This document shows positions 49,595 to 62,122 of a stretch of 64,000 bases of DNA, one piece after another; position 1 is the first letter of the stretch, and the number at the start of each line of letters is the position of its first letter. The DNA comes from Fimicolochytrium jonesii (taxonomy: Eukaryota), in NCBI RefSeq assembly GCF_025526975.1, contig NW_026515705.1:1-64000 (forward strand), written 5' to 3'. A model generated the notes under the pieces. It was not told the DNA's origin. It did not search any database and saw only the letters and a list, made by a program, of their open reading frames with translations. The position numbers and the translations under genes were made by a program.

Positions 49595-50573
49595 ATGGGA
49601 GCTCAAGGAGTGACTGTGGGATAGATTCATGTAGATTGTAGAAAGATCAGACTTGGTAGCATGCGTTTAGACTCATTTCTTCTTCATTTATTTTCGGATG
49701 ATGAGAGCCTCTATCCTTTCCGTCCACCAACGTCTCTCAAGCCCTGGATCTGGACTCTCAACGGCTTTCATACCATTCCTGGGTATACGTGTAAACGTCA
49801 GAGGAAGTCCTTGTGAGGAAGGAAAAGCGAAGTCGTTCGCAGCAGCCGAGGGTTTGAGAGCGTCTGTCGAACATTGGCTGCGCACAGGACGCGCTTCCGG
49901 ACGTTGCACAGGGCCGCAGAACGCGTCAAGTCGTCGCTTTCGTTTCCCTCGATTCTCTCTCGCGTCAAGGGGCAAGAAAGAAGCTTTTCCCTCCCAACCA
50001 AACAGCCCCTGTGCTAAGAGAATGCATTCTTTTGTTCCAAATTCCGCCTGCATGCCATCGCATAGGGACGCGCGCGCGTCGGTCGGTCGGTCGGGGCTTT
50101 GGCGTTTTTCTTGGCTTGGCCTTTTGTGGTGTGCTCCGAGCTGGTATTCCGGGCGGGATATCTGGGCTTGCATTTTGGGATATCTTTCTCTTTCACTTTA
50201 TACGCCACTTTTTTGAAGTTTCGGCCCGCGCTTTTACGGGCTTGGACGCCGAATATTAGTGACGTATACCTGTTGGAGCAACGTAGAAAGTGCGTTTTCT
50301 ACGCGTGAGCTTTGGATCTACGCAGCCGCGACAGCTTTTCGTTCGACTTCCAGCTTGAGAACGTAAAGCAAGACCGCTGTCCGAATAGCTACGACGGACC
50401 GTCCTCCGTTTTCTCACTCCGCATCGCACTGCAAAGAGGTCTCAATCGAACCGCTCCCGGACCGAGGAACCCCAATGAATCGCATCATCCAGATCCATAT
50501 CATCTGCACATTTTCAAACATACCTCAGAAGAAGGGAACACCGTACATCCCTAAACCCTAATCACACCCTCAA

Positions 50574-53093
50574 ATGACCCAGACCGTCCGCCTTCGTCGC
50601 AAACCCTTGATCCAGCTCGTCCAACGCCAGGCGCACGACGTAATATTACATCTCATATCTCCAACTCCAACTCCAACGCCGAACGCACCAGGTCCACGCG
50701 CCGCTCCCATCGCCATCCCATCCATGTCAACACCAAGCCCAACCCCACCGACACCAGCCCAATGCACATCCCGATGCGTGATCACCGCCATCCGGAGCGT
50801 GCGTGATCGGATTCGAAGGCGGCTGGACCGCGAGGAGGGCGAGGCGGCGACACCGGGCGTCACACCGACGCCGGCGGATCAGACCGCACATGTGGAGGAC
50901 ACGGCCGTGTGCGCGCACCCCCTTGGTGAGGGGTTGTTTGAGCAGTGTCTTGTTGGGACGGAGGGATGTTTTGGGGTTTTGCAGGATATGGCTGGGGGTC
51001 AGAGGGTGAGTGGTGGAGATCATTGGGCCTTTACACTTGTCAGTTTTTACGACTAACGGATCTTCTTTGATGATGAATAGCAGGCCTTTGCGAATTTGTG
51101 TCCGGGCCTGATCCGGTCCGTGCCTGACCCGGACGAGCCTACGCCTACGCCAACATCTACACCTACGCCGACATCAAGCGCATCCGCCACTCTTTCGTCA
51201 TTCTCTTCAACGACGACGACGAGCACGACGCTGGTATCGCTTTCGTCGACCTCATCAACATCTATCGTACCCACCTCTGCGAACGGGAATACGACGGTAT
51301 CGACGCCCGTATCGAGCAACACATCAGCATTTGTTTCGAGTTCGGCGTCGCCGTCTATAACGGTTACTCTTACTCCGATATCGCAACCTACCACGCCGGG
51401 TCCGGCGCCTCCCAACGGACACGACCACGACGGCCACGATAACAGTTCCCACTCTTCATCCTCATCTCACAGCTCCTCACATATAAGCATCATCACATCC
51501 TCCCAATCCACCGCCCCATCGCCCGCCACATCATCTCCCATCTCACCGCCCTCCTCCGCATCGACCACAACCTCCGACCCCACCTCAGATTCCTCCTCCG
51601 CTTCGAGATCCGACCTCTCAACCCATACCCACGTCGCAGCAATAACCGGCGCAGGCCTCGGGACCGCCCTCCTCATCATCCTCCTCGTCCTGCTGGGGGT
51701 ATGCTGTCGACGGCGCGCGATGAAGGCGCGCAGGAGCGTGTACGTGCATGGCGTGGGGGTTTATGATGCGGGTGTGGGGGAGGATTGGTGGGGGGCGGAT
51801 AAGAAAAAGGAGGGTGTGCTCGTGGAACCGTTAGTGGATGTGGGGAAGGATGGTGATGGGGCTGGTGGGATGTCTCCACCTGCAGCTGTGAATGTGGCGA
51901 CTCCCATGCTCTCTACGGAACCGCCACAGGCACGGGCAGCAACGCCCAAACGCCCACAGAAAGCAGCAGCGCGGACCAACACCGCTTTACAGATGTGGCT
52001 GGCCCACGGAACTGTGGGTGTCACCGACCCCGACAACAACTCTCCTAACAATTCCAACGTCAGCAGCCCTCCACCACCAACGACTCGGCCCACAGACAGC
52101 TGGCGCGACTCCGCAGCCCTCCCTTCCACCTCCGTCTACCCAGACCTCGCACACCCCGCGTATCCACCCACACCCATCCCCTCCGTCGTCCCCTTAACAC
52201 CGACCCTCACATCCTCATACACGGACGCACCCTCTCCCCTACACACCCAACCCACACGACTCCCCGGCTGGGACACGACCAACCGCAGCTACACCTCAAG
52301 CCACTGGTCGGAAATCTCGTTGTCGGCGGGGCAGGACGTGCTTGTGTGGGCCGTGTTGAGTGACGGTTGGTGTGTCGGCGCGGCGCCCACTCACAGCGGA
52401 ACCTCACCACCCAACACAGCGGGCCTCTTCCCAACCTCCCACCTCTCCACCCCGTACGCGTTCGCATCACGGGGCAGGGAGGTGTATCTCAATACGACCC
52501 GCGCGGCGTTTCTGAGCGGGCCGGGTGTTATGGCTGGGTTGAACTGTGCTGCTCCGGGGACAGAGGCTGCGAAACGAGACTTTTTCCTGCGCGCGCTGGC
52601 GAGTGGGTTGGTGAAGACCTCTGAACGCGGAGTGTGGATCGAGGCGTTGGAGATGTGTTCCAGGTCTACGGGTTTGCGGGATGGTGATGGGGTGGGGAAG
52701 ACATTATCCCCCCCGCTACGGAGCGCAAAACGGAACCCGTTTCATATTCCCTTCGCTGCTCCTCCCACCAGTAACACGACGACGACAATGACATCGAAAT
52801 CGGCCTACCCGCCACCCTCGGCAACCAACCCCCACGTACACCCACCCGGCGCCGGCGCAGGCCCCTTTCGCTCCGGCCTCGCATCCAACCGTTCGACGGG
52901 CAGTACCGCCACGGGCACAAACACGAGTGACAGCAACCGGACGTCGCATTCCGCGTTGTATCGCCCGAGTGGAGGTGGGGCAGGGATGGTGGGCACGGGC
53001 GGCAAGACGATCGGGCAAAAGATCATGCACCGGATCCGGGCGAGTGCGGAGACGCCGAGGGGGAGTTTTAGTATTCCGAAGGATCAGTGGTGA
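50574..53093 (+). CDS. Single-pass membrane protein: Ser/Thr-rich ectodomain, TM helix, cytoplasmic degenerate SH3 (Fus1/Mid2-like architecture)
   Basis: Mucin-like S/T region; TM AAITGAGLGTALLIILLVLLGVCCRRR; SH3-like SYTSSHWSEISLSAGQDVLVWAVLSDGWCVG...GLFPTSHL. Intron at 51006-51080/83. The 5' exon is tentative. Confidence 0.72.
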
Positions 53094-53926
53094 TTTTTGG
53101 TTTTATCCGATTGTGGCAATATTTGTGATGAGTATTTTGGATTGTAATGACGGTTCATGTGTGTGCGGCGAGGCGCACGAAGGGTGCATATGGGTTGTGA
53201 AGGACACTGTACAGTACATTTCTTTGTGTTTGATAGATAGAGACGGCCGGGTTTCAATGTGATGGGTTTGTACAATATGCGTTTATATGACATGTGAATG
53301 TAAGCAATCTTATGCAATGCTAATGTGCTAATGCTCCATGTGTGTTGTGGTATTTACATGGGAAGTCCTACAATCCGACGCACCATGAGACATTGAGATC
53401 GTCCAATGCTGCTGGTTACGTTGATGCATTGCTATTCGGCGAGGATCCGTTTCGAAGAATTCGGCAAGTGTGGGGTCTTACGATTCGCAGACCTCATGAG
53501 ATGACAAATTCGTCAATCGCCCCTACTCGGGGAATCCATGCTGGCGGTGCACTCGAGATCATAGAGTGTGTGTTTGAGTGCTCGGCATACCTATGTTGAT
53601 GTTCCGTGCATAGCGCACGCAGGTCGTCGTTCCCTCTGGATTGATTGATTTCGATCAGAAATGGCCGAACACTTGTGTTTTGTTTCTGGCTGGCGAGGAG
53701 GATGCAGCCCGCAGGCAGGATAATATGGGATTCAACGAAGCATTGGCCAAACCAAGTAGACATCCGGTGTACAGTAGGTGTGAAAGACGAGCGGGCAGAT
53801 GTGTCCTTCCCAGTTCTCTCGTGGATCTGCTGAACGCGCCCGCTGCACTTCAAATGCACCTCAAAGCTCTCGTCTCCCTCCCCCAAGGCTCAACCAACAC
53901 ACAAGCACACACCCCCTCCTTCCACA

Positions 53927-55558
53927 ATGGGCAAGTCCTCAAAGGATAAGGTATGTCTGCGTGGCTCGCCGTGACTTCCACTGACTGTCTAGGTCTAGGT
54001 CTAGGGCGGGGTCACGCCACACCGTCTTTGCTTTCTCTCTGCCCCTGTCCCTCCTCAATTTCCTTTTTCACACGCAATACTCTTCCTTTCAGCGCGATAT
54101 CTACTACCGGCTGGCCAAAGAGCAGGGATGGCGGGCTCGGAGTGCGTTTAAGCTGCTGCAGATAGGTATGTGTAAAACTGCGTTAGGAGGAACGACTCTT
54201 CGTTCATGTTGCCTTTAGACCGAAATAACCCTCCTCGCCCACGGCGTCCTCTTTTGCAATTCCCAGACGAGGAGTTCAACATATTCGACGGCGTGAGGCG
54301 ATGCGTTGACCTGTGCGCTGCTCCAGGGAGCTGGAGCCAGGTCTTGAGTCGGGTGCGTCTAGTCCGTTACTTTCGCATTCCCATACGGTCGGGGACTTCA
54401 GACTCACACGTTACTTGTTCGCTCCCATAGAAACTGAAAAGCGAGGATGCGAGCGACCCGGCGAAGATTGTTGCGGTGGATCTCCAAGCTATGGTATATT
54501 TTAGATTTAAGCAGTTGGCTTCTAAGATCATTGAAAGAGGGACGCTAATATGATCTCCCTCCCCAACGCTAGGCGCCACTGCCCGGCGTGATCCAGATTC
54601 AAGGTGATATTACCAAAACATCGACAGCGGTGGAAATCATCTCCCACTTCGAGGGAAAGCTGGCGGATATGGTGGTTTGTGACGGCGCACCAGATGGTAT
54701 GTTCTCGAGGGGATTTGCCGGATGCTCTTTCCCGCTTGTGCAATGTGGGGCTTACAGACGAAGACTGATTGCGGAATGATGCTGACAGTGACGGGACTAC
54801 ATGACATGGACGAGTACATTCAAGCGCAACTTCTGTTAGCGGTGAGTAGCGAATACTTACGGAGAGCAACCGTGTTGGGCACTATGCTCGCCCGTGAAAC
54901 CTGCGATTCTACTCAAACCCCAATATAACCCTGACTCGTCGACCATTCACCTCCCCACAGGCACTGAACATCACAACCCACGTCCTTCGTCCAGGCGGCA
55001 CATTCATCGCCAAGATATTCCGCGGCAAAGACGTGTCCTTGCTATACGCACAGCTGAAGATATTCTTCCCCGTCGTAACATGTGCCAAACCCCGGAGCTC
55101 GCGAAACTCCAGTATTGGTATGGCGTACTCGCTGTCGGACATCGCAAACAGTGAGCGCATTGCTAACCACTTCCCACATCGAAACAGAGGCCTTCATAGT
55201 CTGTCAAAACTACACCCCACCCCTCGGCTACAACCCCACCATGCTCAACCCCCTCCTCGACTTCACCTACACCGACCCCACCACCCCATCCTCAGAACCC
55301 AACCCGCTCCCCTCGACCGCCGAACGCAACGAGCTCGAAGGGCTCAACCGTGTGATTGTGCCGTTTGTCGCGTGTGGGGATCTTAGCGGGTTTGATTCGG
55401 ATATGACGTACTCGTTGCATCTTGACGAGGGACAAAGGACTATGGGGGAGGCGGCGCCAGGGGACGGAAGGGGGTATAGCGCGTTGGAACCGGTGCAGGG
55501 GCCGATTAGGCCGCCGTATCAGACTTATATTGATATGAAGAAGCGGAATGAGATTTGA
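53927..55558 (+). CDS. TRM7: tRNA (cytidine32/guanosine34-2'-O)-methyltransferase Trm7/FTSJ1, many small exons
   Basis: [93 protein letters not shown]. Confidence 0.96.
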
Positions 55559-56534
55559 GATGGGAAAGAGGTAAAGGAGGAGGGATGTGCCGCAAGCACA
55601 CATTCGAGCATCCTAGATTATCTCGCCCGTGAGCGGGAGTCTTGGGAGCGGCGTATGGATTCAGGGCTGGGGTTGGAGTAGGAAGCATGTGGGGAAGTCG
55701 CACCCCGCTCTCAGGCTCGTTCGGTATGACGATATCAACAGACGGACGGCATCACATTGCATTCCACCGCCCCATGCACCAGCAGAGGCGCAACCCCGCC
55801 GGTCCTCAGCATGGTGTGCTACCCATCCGCATCTATGGAGCGTGTGCGCCCTAATACCACTACCAGAGTCGACATAATATAGTTTCAAGGCGCGAGATAG
55901 GTTCCTTGGCGTGGAAAATCCCTTATTTGTCGAATTCTTGTTCGACCTTCAATGGATTCCTTTTGGTAAACATAACATTGCCCTTAGTCAACCTAATGGC
56001 TTATCCTATGATTCCATCTCCACTCTTCCGATCGGTGGTATCTATACGGGGAAATCATGGCCGTATCTGAGAATAAATCATGGCACGCGCTGTCGAAATT
56101 CCAAATCTGCCGTCAGTCTTTTCCATTTGTTTCTCAGAACAAGTTCAACGTGCGAAGAAGTCCGAAGGGAAGCTTTATCCTCTCCTTTTCTCCTACCTCT
56201 AGCGATAATCACTGCCGCGACTCCGTGGTCGGGGCTGCTTGAGGGGGGGATTTTCCCGACCACACCTAGCCACAACCACGAGTACGCAGGAAGCACGTCG
56301 GCCTGCTCGTTTCCACGCGGAAGCCGGCGGCCGCCGGCGCGGAAGCGCCTGCTAGAGGGCGGCTGGGCACAGCTGGTCCCTAACCCAAGTAGTGACGGAA
56401 AATGCACTGCACTGCTGGGCTCTCCACCCCCTTATGGATTCAGCTCGCAGCACGCAGCCTGCTTACTGTATGTACATTATCCACAATTTAAAACCCCGGT
56501 CCTCCAGAAGAGAACCAAAAACCACAAGTACGAG

Positions 56535-58240
56535 TCAAACGTCATCCGTCTTCTTCAACGGCGCGCTCTTCGCCGCTTTCTGGGCCCAAGTCGAATCCAC
56601 AAAACTCGGGGTTTCCACGTTTTTTGCGTCCCAGACAGTGAACCGCTGACTGGCGCTGGTCAGCGCTTCGAATCCGTTCTCGCCTAATGTCCATATTGCG
56701 CAAATCATCATTTGAGTCGGCACAACGAAATAATTTTCGGCGACTACAGTTGCAGTTCTGGTTTAGTATCATGCCAGCGGATGAAATAGTCCAGTGAACC
56801 TACCATCATAATACATCACCACCTGTTCCCATCGGCGCAAAACGTGGACGCGATTAGCATCAAAGATGCGTCAAACCAGCGCTATAGATGCGTCCAACCC
56901 ACCACGATAGCCGAAATACAAGCCGACATAGACACCGCCATCAACGCATTATTCGCCATCTCCAGATGCGCCAGCTGCGACGGAGACGCAGACGGTCTAA
57001 CACTGTCTTGCGCCACGCGCAGCATGTACGTGAACGTCCCCAACCCCGCCACGATGTAAATCATCGGGTTAGCGATCGCCAACCACCAGAATCCTTTGCT
57101 GACGTGAACATCTGTTCCAATGTCGTCGATACCGTATGCTAGAGCGGCGCTGCTGGACGCTACGGCCGCCACGGAAAGGGAGATTAGGACGGCTTTTCGG
57201 TGTTTTGGGGTTGCGTAGACTGCGGCGTATCTTGTTTTCGAATGTGGTTCTGTGCAGGTGGAGAAGCAGAGTTGAGTGGTCGACGGGAGGTCAACACATC
57301 CGCCCGGGACTCACCTATACGCGGCCGCCACCACAAGCAGCGCGTTCCTTATCTGAAGGACGATGACCAGGAGCCTGACGTATTCCACCTGGCGCGCCAG
57401 GACATAGCTTGGCGGATGCACTCTGTTGGACGAAACCGGCCAGGAAGTATTGAGTGGCGTGAAGACCCTTGTCAGGATTTGAATGTCCTCCTGGTACATG
57501 CCACAAAGCAACGACGTTCTTTCCCCAAATTCCCGTCCCGCAATCCAGTACTACAAAGGGCAAAAGACCACGGCATTGACATTTGAGTATGCAACGCAAA
57601 AGCGTTCCCGTCATGCAAAACTCTCAGCGCGATAACCTGAGAGGACCGCTTTTCCTTTCCGTGGGAGGGCACACACACCTGTCAGAAGGGTCGTGGCGAA
57701 GAGCATGTAAGCTCGGATATTTCCTTTGGAGAGAAGCCTCCATATGGAAATGCTGAGGGCTGAGGAGGAAAAGAAAGGGGATTTGATACGGTTTAGCTGT
57801 GTGGGGCTGTGTGGGAAAGTGATTGGAGGGTGCGGGCAAAGCTGACGTGGACAATGAAAGACCCACCGGTGACGGCAAAGACCAGACTTATACCAAACAT
57901 CACCCCTGGTCCGCCGTATTGCACTACACAGGTGGATCGCTGGTCAGATGCGGATGCAACGGCGCACAAAAGGAAGGTTATATCCGAAGGGATCAATGTC
58001 CCAACCGGCTTCTAAACCACCTGCGTACGTACAGGAGGCATAATCCGCAAAATGACCCACCGTCGCCGCCATCCTCGCCTTCACGTTCGGACTATCCAAG
58101 ACCGCTGTCTGCACACCTGCATCCCTCGCAATAGCCGCTTGAATGGCCGGATGGGCCGTTGCGTTGCCGAGAAACCTGTCAAGAACGGCTTGTTGAACGG
58201 TTGGATGTGCTATGCATTCGGTGATGGTACTGTTGTCCAT
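56535..58240 (-). CDS. Putative seven-transmembrane (GPCR-like) protein encoded by ~8 small exons
   Basis: Manual splicing gives seven hydrophobic segments, N-terminal NST/NAT glycosylation sites and AYRYAAVY at the end of TM3. One or two internal junctions are ambiguous. Confidence 0.6.
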
Positions 58241-60341
58241 TATTGGAGGTTTACGTCGAGGAGGAAGAATGATGTCTACCTTGGGAGTTTGGGAGTCCAA
58301 TATAGGTACGGAGAAATCTGAGCGTTACCGGAATATTCTATCTTGCAGCGTGACTGACCCTAAAACCTAAAAGCGAGGTATGGCTGCAAACTAATATTGT
58401 GTTCCATTCACCCCAACGGAGGAGGGGTGGAGGGCACGGAGCCTGTGCGCCAAAAAAGCGGGTCATCCAGTGGTCCGTGGGAGTGCCTGTCGGGGCATTT
58501 GTTTGTGTAAGCCCCGATTGCTTACGTGTGCCGTCATTCTTGGCTCCTTCAGTTGTCCCCCTTCCCAAGTTCCCCAAACTGCCATCAGAAAAGAGACGCA
58601 TCTCGCCTGCTGCCACAAGGTCCCCAGACATGTACAGGTTCCCGAGGGGATATAAGAGCGAAGAATTTGACCAAATGCTGACTTCATTTTTCCCATTGTA
58701 TTTCCCCTTTATCGGATCATGAATTCGGACGGCGCGTGTAACCAGTTTCACCCGTCGCACGGTTGCCGGCAAACTGACATCGTCCGCACGTTGGGGATCT
58801 GTACCAGCGTCTTCAAAATTTTGGTCTAAAGCAGAGCGCACCATTGGGACATGTGAGTTGCAGTCGTAACCTGATGCGGGCAGTCACACAGTAAGTTCCG
58901 ATCTGCGTACATGCATACGGCTATGCTTCATCCGCTTACAATGGGCTCGGAAACGTTTTAGACGGCAGTTCACCAGGGGCAGCGAGGGGATGCACTCTCT
59001 AGAGAATGTTTATGCGCCAGAAGGTAAATCTTAAGCCGCGCAAATACGTTTACTTGTTGATAGCTGTTTCGAAAGCAGTAGCTTCAGGAGGACTTAGGCG
59101 AGGGCGCAGGTGCACGAGTGGGAGCGCGCCTTTATGGATTGTACATGCGCACGAGAAAAAGAGGAGGCCCGTAGTAGCATTGTAACAATCCATCGGTCAC
59201 ATCCCCTGACTCTCAAGACATCATTTCGCCATCTATCTCCAAATTATCTTAGTACCAGAAATATTATCTCCGAAAACTGCCTTGTTATCTTCAACGCTCC
59301 CCACCCAACATGGTCCTGATATATGACCACCACGACTACTCGAACACAGCAGGCAGGTATCCGTCCCATCCAATCAACAAACCGCATCCTCGCCGCAACA
59401 CCGGGGAAGGAGCAACTGCCCCCAGCTTTCCTCTGACGAACAGGGTCTCCTCCTATCCCGGTATTCTGAACATACCCGACTGTCTCTGTTCTTCCCGGCT
59501 TGAACTGCCGTGCTCATCCAAGCGTTGACCTCGGCAGATTCCGTGGTTGTATCTTTCTTTAATACTCTGACCGTGCGCCCGTCTCCATGCGAGGGTAGGC
59601 ATCATAGACTACTCATTCGTGACTAATACGTCGTATCTTTCCATGCTTGCAAACTGGGATGTACAAGGCCTTCGCGGCCCGGAGAATCACGATCCGACGA
59701 GCAGAGACCCGAGTGGTATCAGCCCGAGTGCACCTGGAATGTATTGGGAGGGCTCGCTTTCTTACTTCGATTGCTTGCAATCAGTACTAGCTAGCCCGCG
59801 AAAAACCTGAGTGCGGTCACCCTCCCTGCTACGAAAGTCGATAGAATCAGCAAAAGCTGCGTGATGCAGCATGCCATAGCACCGCACTTCTAATTTTTAG
59901 CTTCCTCTTTCAAAATCTTCATCGATACTGACCCACACGGATTCCACAGCGTCCGTAGGCCAACTTGTCTGATGGCCTGAGGAATGTCTGAGGAACAATA
60001 GTAGAAATTGGGCCTTGGATCAGAAACCGCAATCCAAACTAGGAAAGAAAAGGTTCAAGGAGGTACACAAAAAGTATCCGATCAGCCCAAGAGAGTCCAG
60101 GACAACTATCTCCTAGTGAGGAGGTGGGTGCATCGTTGGTAATCAGGTTGCAGTTATTACGGCGTTGGCAGCAGCAGAACAATGAATAACAAGGGGGCCA
60201 ACAAGGGCGTGTCCGGAGGCGATGTTTGCAGATGTCATTTAGGGCCTGTCCTTTATTTGTTCGTCGCTGTATACTGGAGCGCACTTTTGCCCCCACCGTA
60301 ACGCTGCTGCGTACAGAGAAGCCATCCGCAAACGAACCGAC

Positions 60342-61355
60342 ATGGCAGGCCTCATCCAACTTACCTCGGCGCTCTGCTTCCCGCTCATTGTGCTCCTCCT
60401 CTAACCCCTGCGTAGGTTCTCGTGCGGCCCTGCGCCCGTAGGAACGAGACTACCCTCAGCTCACCCTCTTCCTTTCCTTTTTGCGCCGATTAGTTTGGAC
60501 TGGGACAACCGTCAAAGGTCAACCTCCCGCCACGACAGAAGGCACACGATCGGCCGAGTATACTGCATACCTCAGTGCAAACTGCACATCCCCCACTGTG
60601 CTGGAATCCTGCCGGAAGAAATGCCAAGATATCAACATGCCCTTTATGGGAGTCTCCTGCACGTTCGCCCTTCCACGAACATGGCGGCCAAACACTTTCT
60701 AGGCTGTGCCCGCTGATAACTCCTACTGCGGGTGCAGAACGGATGGGACGGATTTCGGCCAATGCTGGGCCGATGCGTTCCATGGTTACAGACCCTGCGC
60801 AGAGACATGTTCTCGCCAAGGGAAAGTGGTTGGGGCATGGAGCTGCTGGGAGAACGGATTCGTTCCAACGGAGGTACTGTACGTTGAAAACCCAATTCCG
60901 CGGTATCAAATCGATGTATCGATTAACATTCCGAGCGTTGCTGCACCTTCCCATCTTACTACAGTGCCACTGTGTAGAGCCCAGTACAACACATATTCCA
61001 GGTAAGAAGCCAGCAAAAGTCGTGTTCCGGCTAAGCAACACAACAATTCTGAACGCCCATAATTGACCTAGCTAGGAACTGCACCGCCCAATACGACGCC
61101 GCTGTCGCCAGCTGCCCAGGACAAATTGTGTTTTTTACGTGCTTTCCGGCGTTACCGAAGGATGTGGAATTATATCCGCTCTCCGAATGCCAAATGTCGC
61201 CGCCTCCCTCTAACGATTCCTTTGCCCCCACTAATGTGTCGGGAAATACGACAGGTGGAGGGCCGCCGGAGACGTCCTCGGCTTCGTCCACAAATGCTGG
61301 TTGGAGGTGGATGTTGAGTTTTGCCGCAATTGCGGCGCTTGGTTTTCTAGTATAG
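60342..61355 (+). CDS. Cys-rich secreted, probably GPI-anchored protein; 5' end uncertain
   Basis: Cys-rich exons (NCTSPTVLESCRKKCQDIN; FGQCWADAFHGYRPCAETC; NCTAQYDAAVASC), an S/T linker, and a hydrophobic tail WMLSFAAIAALGFLV. Confidence 0.6.
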
Positions 61356-62122
61356 AGATCACACAGAGGCGCTTGGTTTTCTGGTATCTATCACCAGTGT
61401 GCGACACCGAGCGGCATAGGAGCGATCCCACCTCTTTGCACCTATCGAGTGGATATTTGCTTGATTTTTTAATATGTTGGTTAAGCAGGCGGAGTCCTCA
61501 TAGCAAATAGCACTGCTAACATTTATGGGATCATTTGGGAAGCACGACCTTCGCGGTTGGCCAATTGTGGAGTGTGGGAACGAGGAAATATGGCGCATCA
61601 CACAAAAGGCCCTACTGTGACTTGGGAAGGGTGGATCTCAGGTTCAAGTCCATGTCAAGGTCAATGCCGCGACGCCGTCTTCGTCAGTCTGTGTCAAACT
61701 CCAGAGACGTAGGCAGCCTTGAATTTGGAAGCTAGTCTCCTGGTGGAATGGGCACTTGATGAGGGTCGGAAACTTGCAGATGGAAACTGACGGGTGCGCG
61801 CTGTCGAAATACTGCGCGCCGTGGCTTGGTTTCGGAGAATGGGAAATCCATGGAGGTGGCCTCAGGAAAGGCATTTCACAGGCTTACAGAAGTCATTGCA
61901 GCCGAACGCAAGCCCACCGTATTTGTCCGGGTGCCCACCCGTATTTTTTATCGTCAAAAGTCTCGAACGGTGAGACAGAGAGACTCTCACGAAAGCTGGC
62001 AAGAGAGCCCGAGAATCGCATACATTACGTCCGATCCCCACAACGAAGGAAGCGTTTCTGGACTCTCTCCAGCGGTAGTGAAAGGACGTCTAGGACTTCC
62101 GCACTTACAGGTTGCACCAGCA

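Noticed and set aside
53987..54005. (gtctag)3 repeat in the first TRM7 intron
   Set aside because: A short microsatellite; not telomeric and has no evident function.
58300..60300. Short ORFs and possible pseudogene fragments
   Set aside because: No coherent spliced model could be built and no family was recognised.
60590..60740. WSC domain in the Cys-rich protein
   Set aside because: The resemblance depends on a weak splice choice (GTCTCC donor). An alternative junction removes the YCGC segment.
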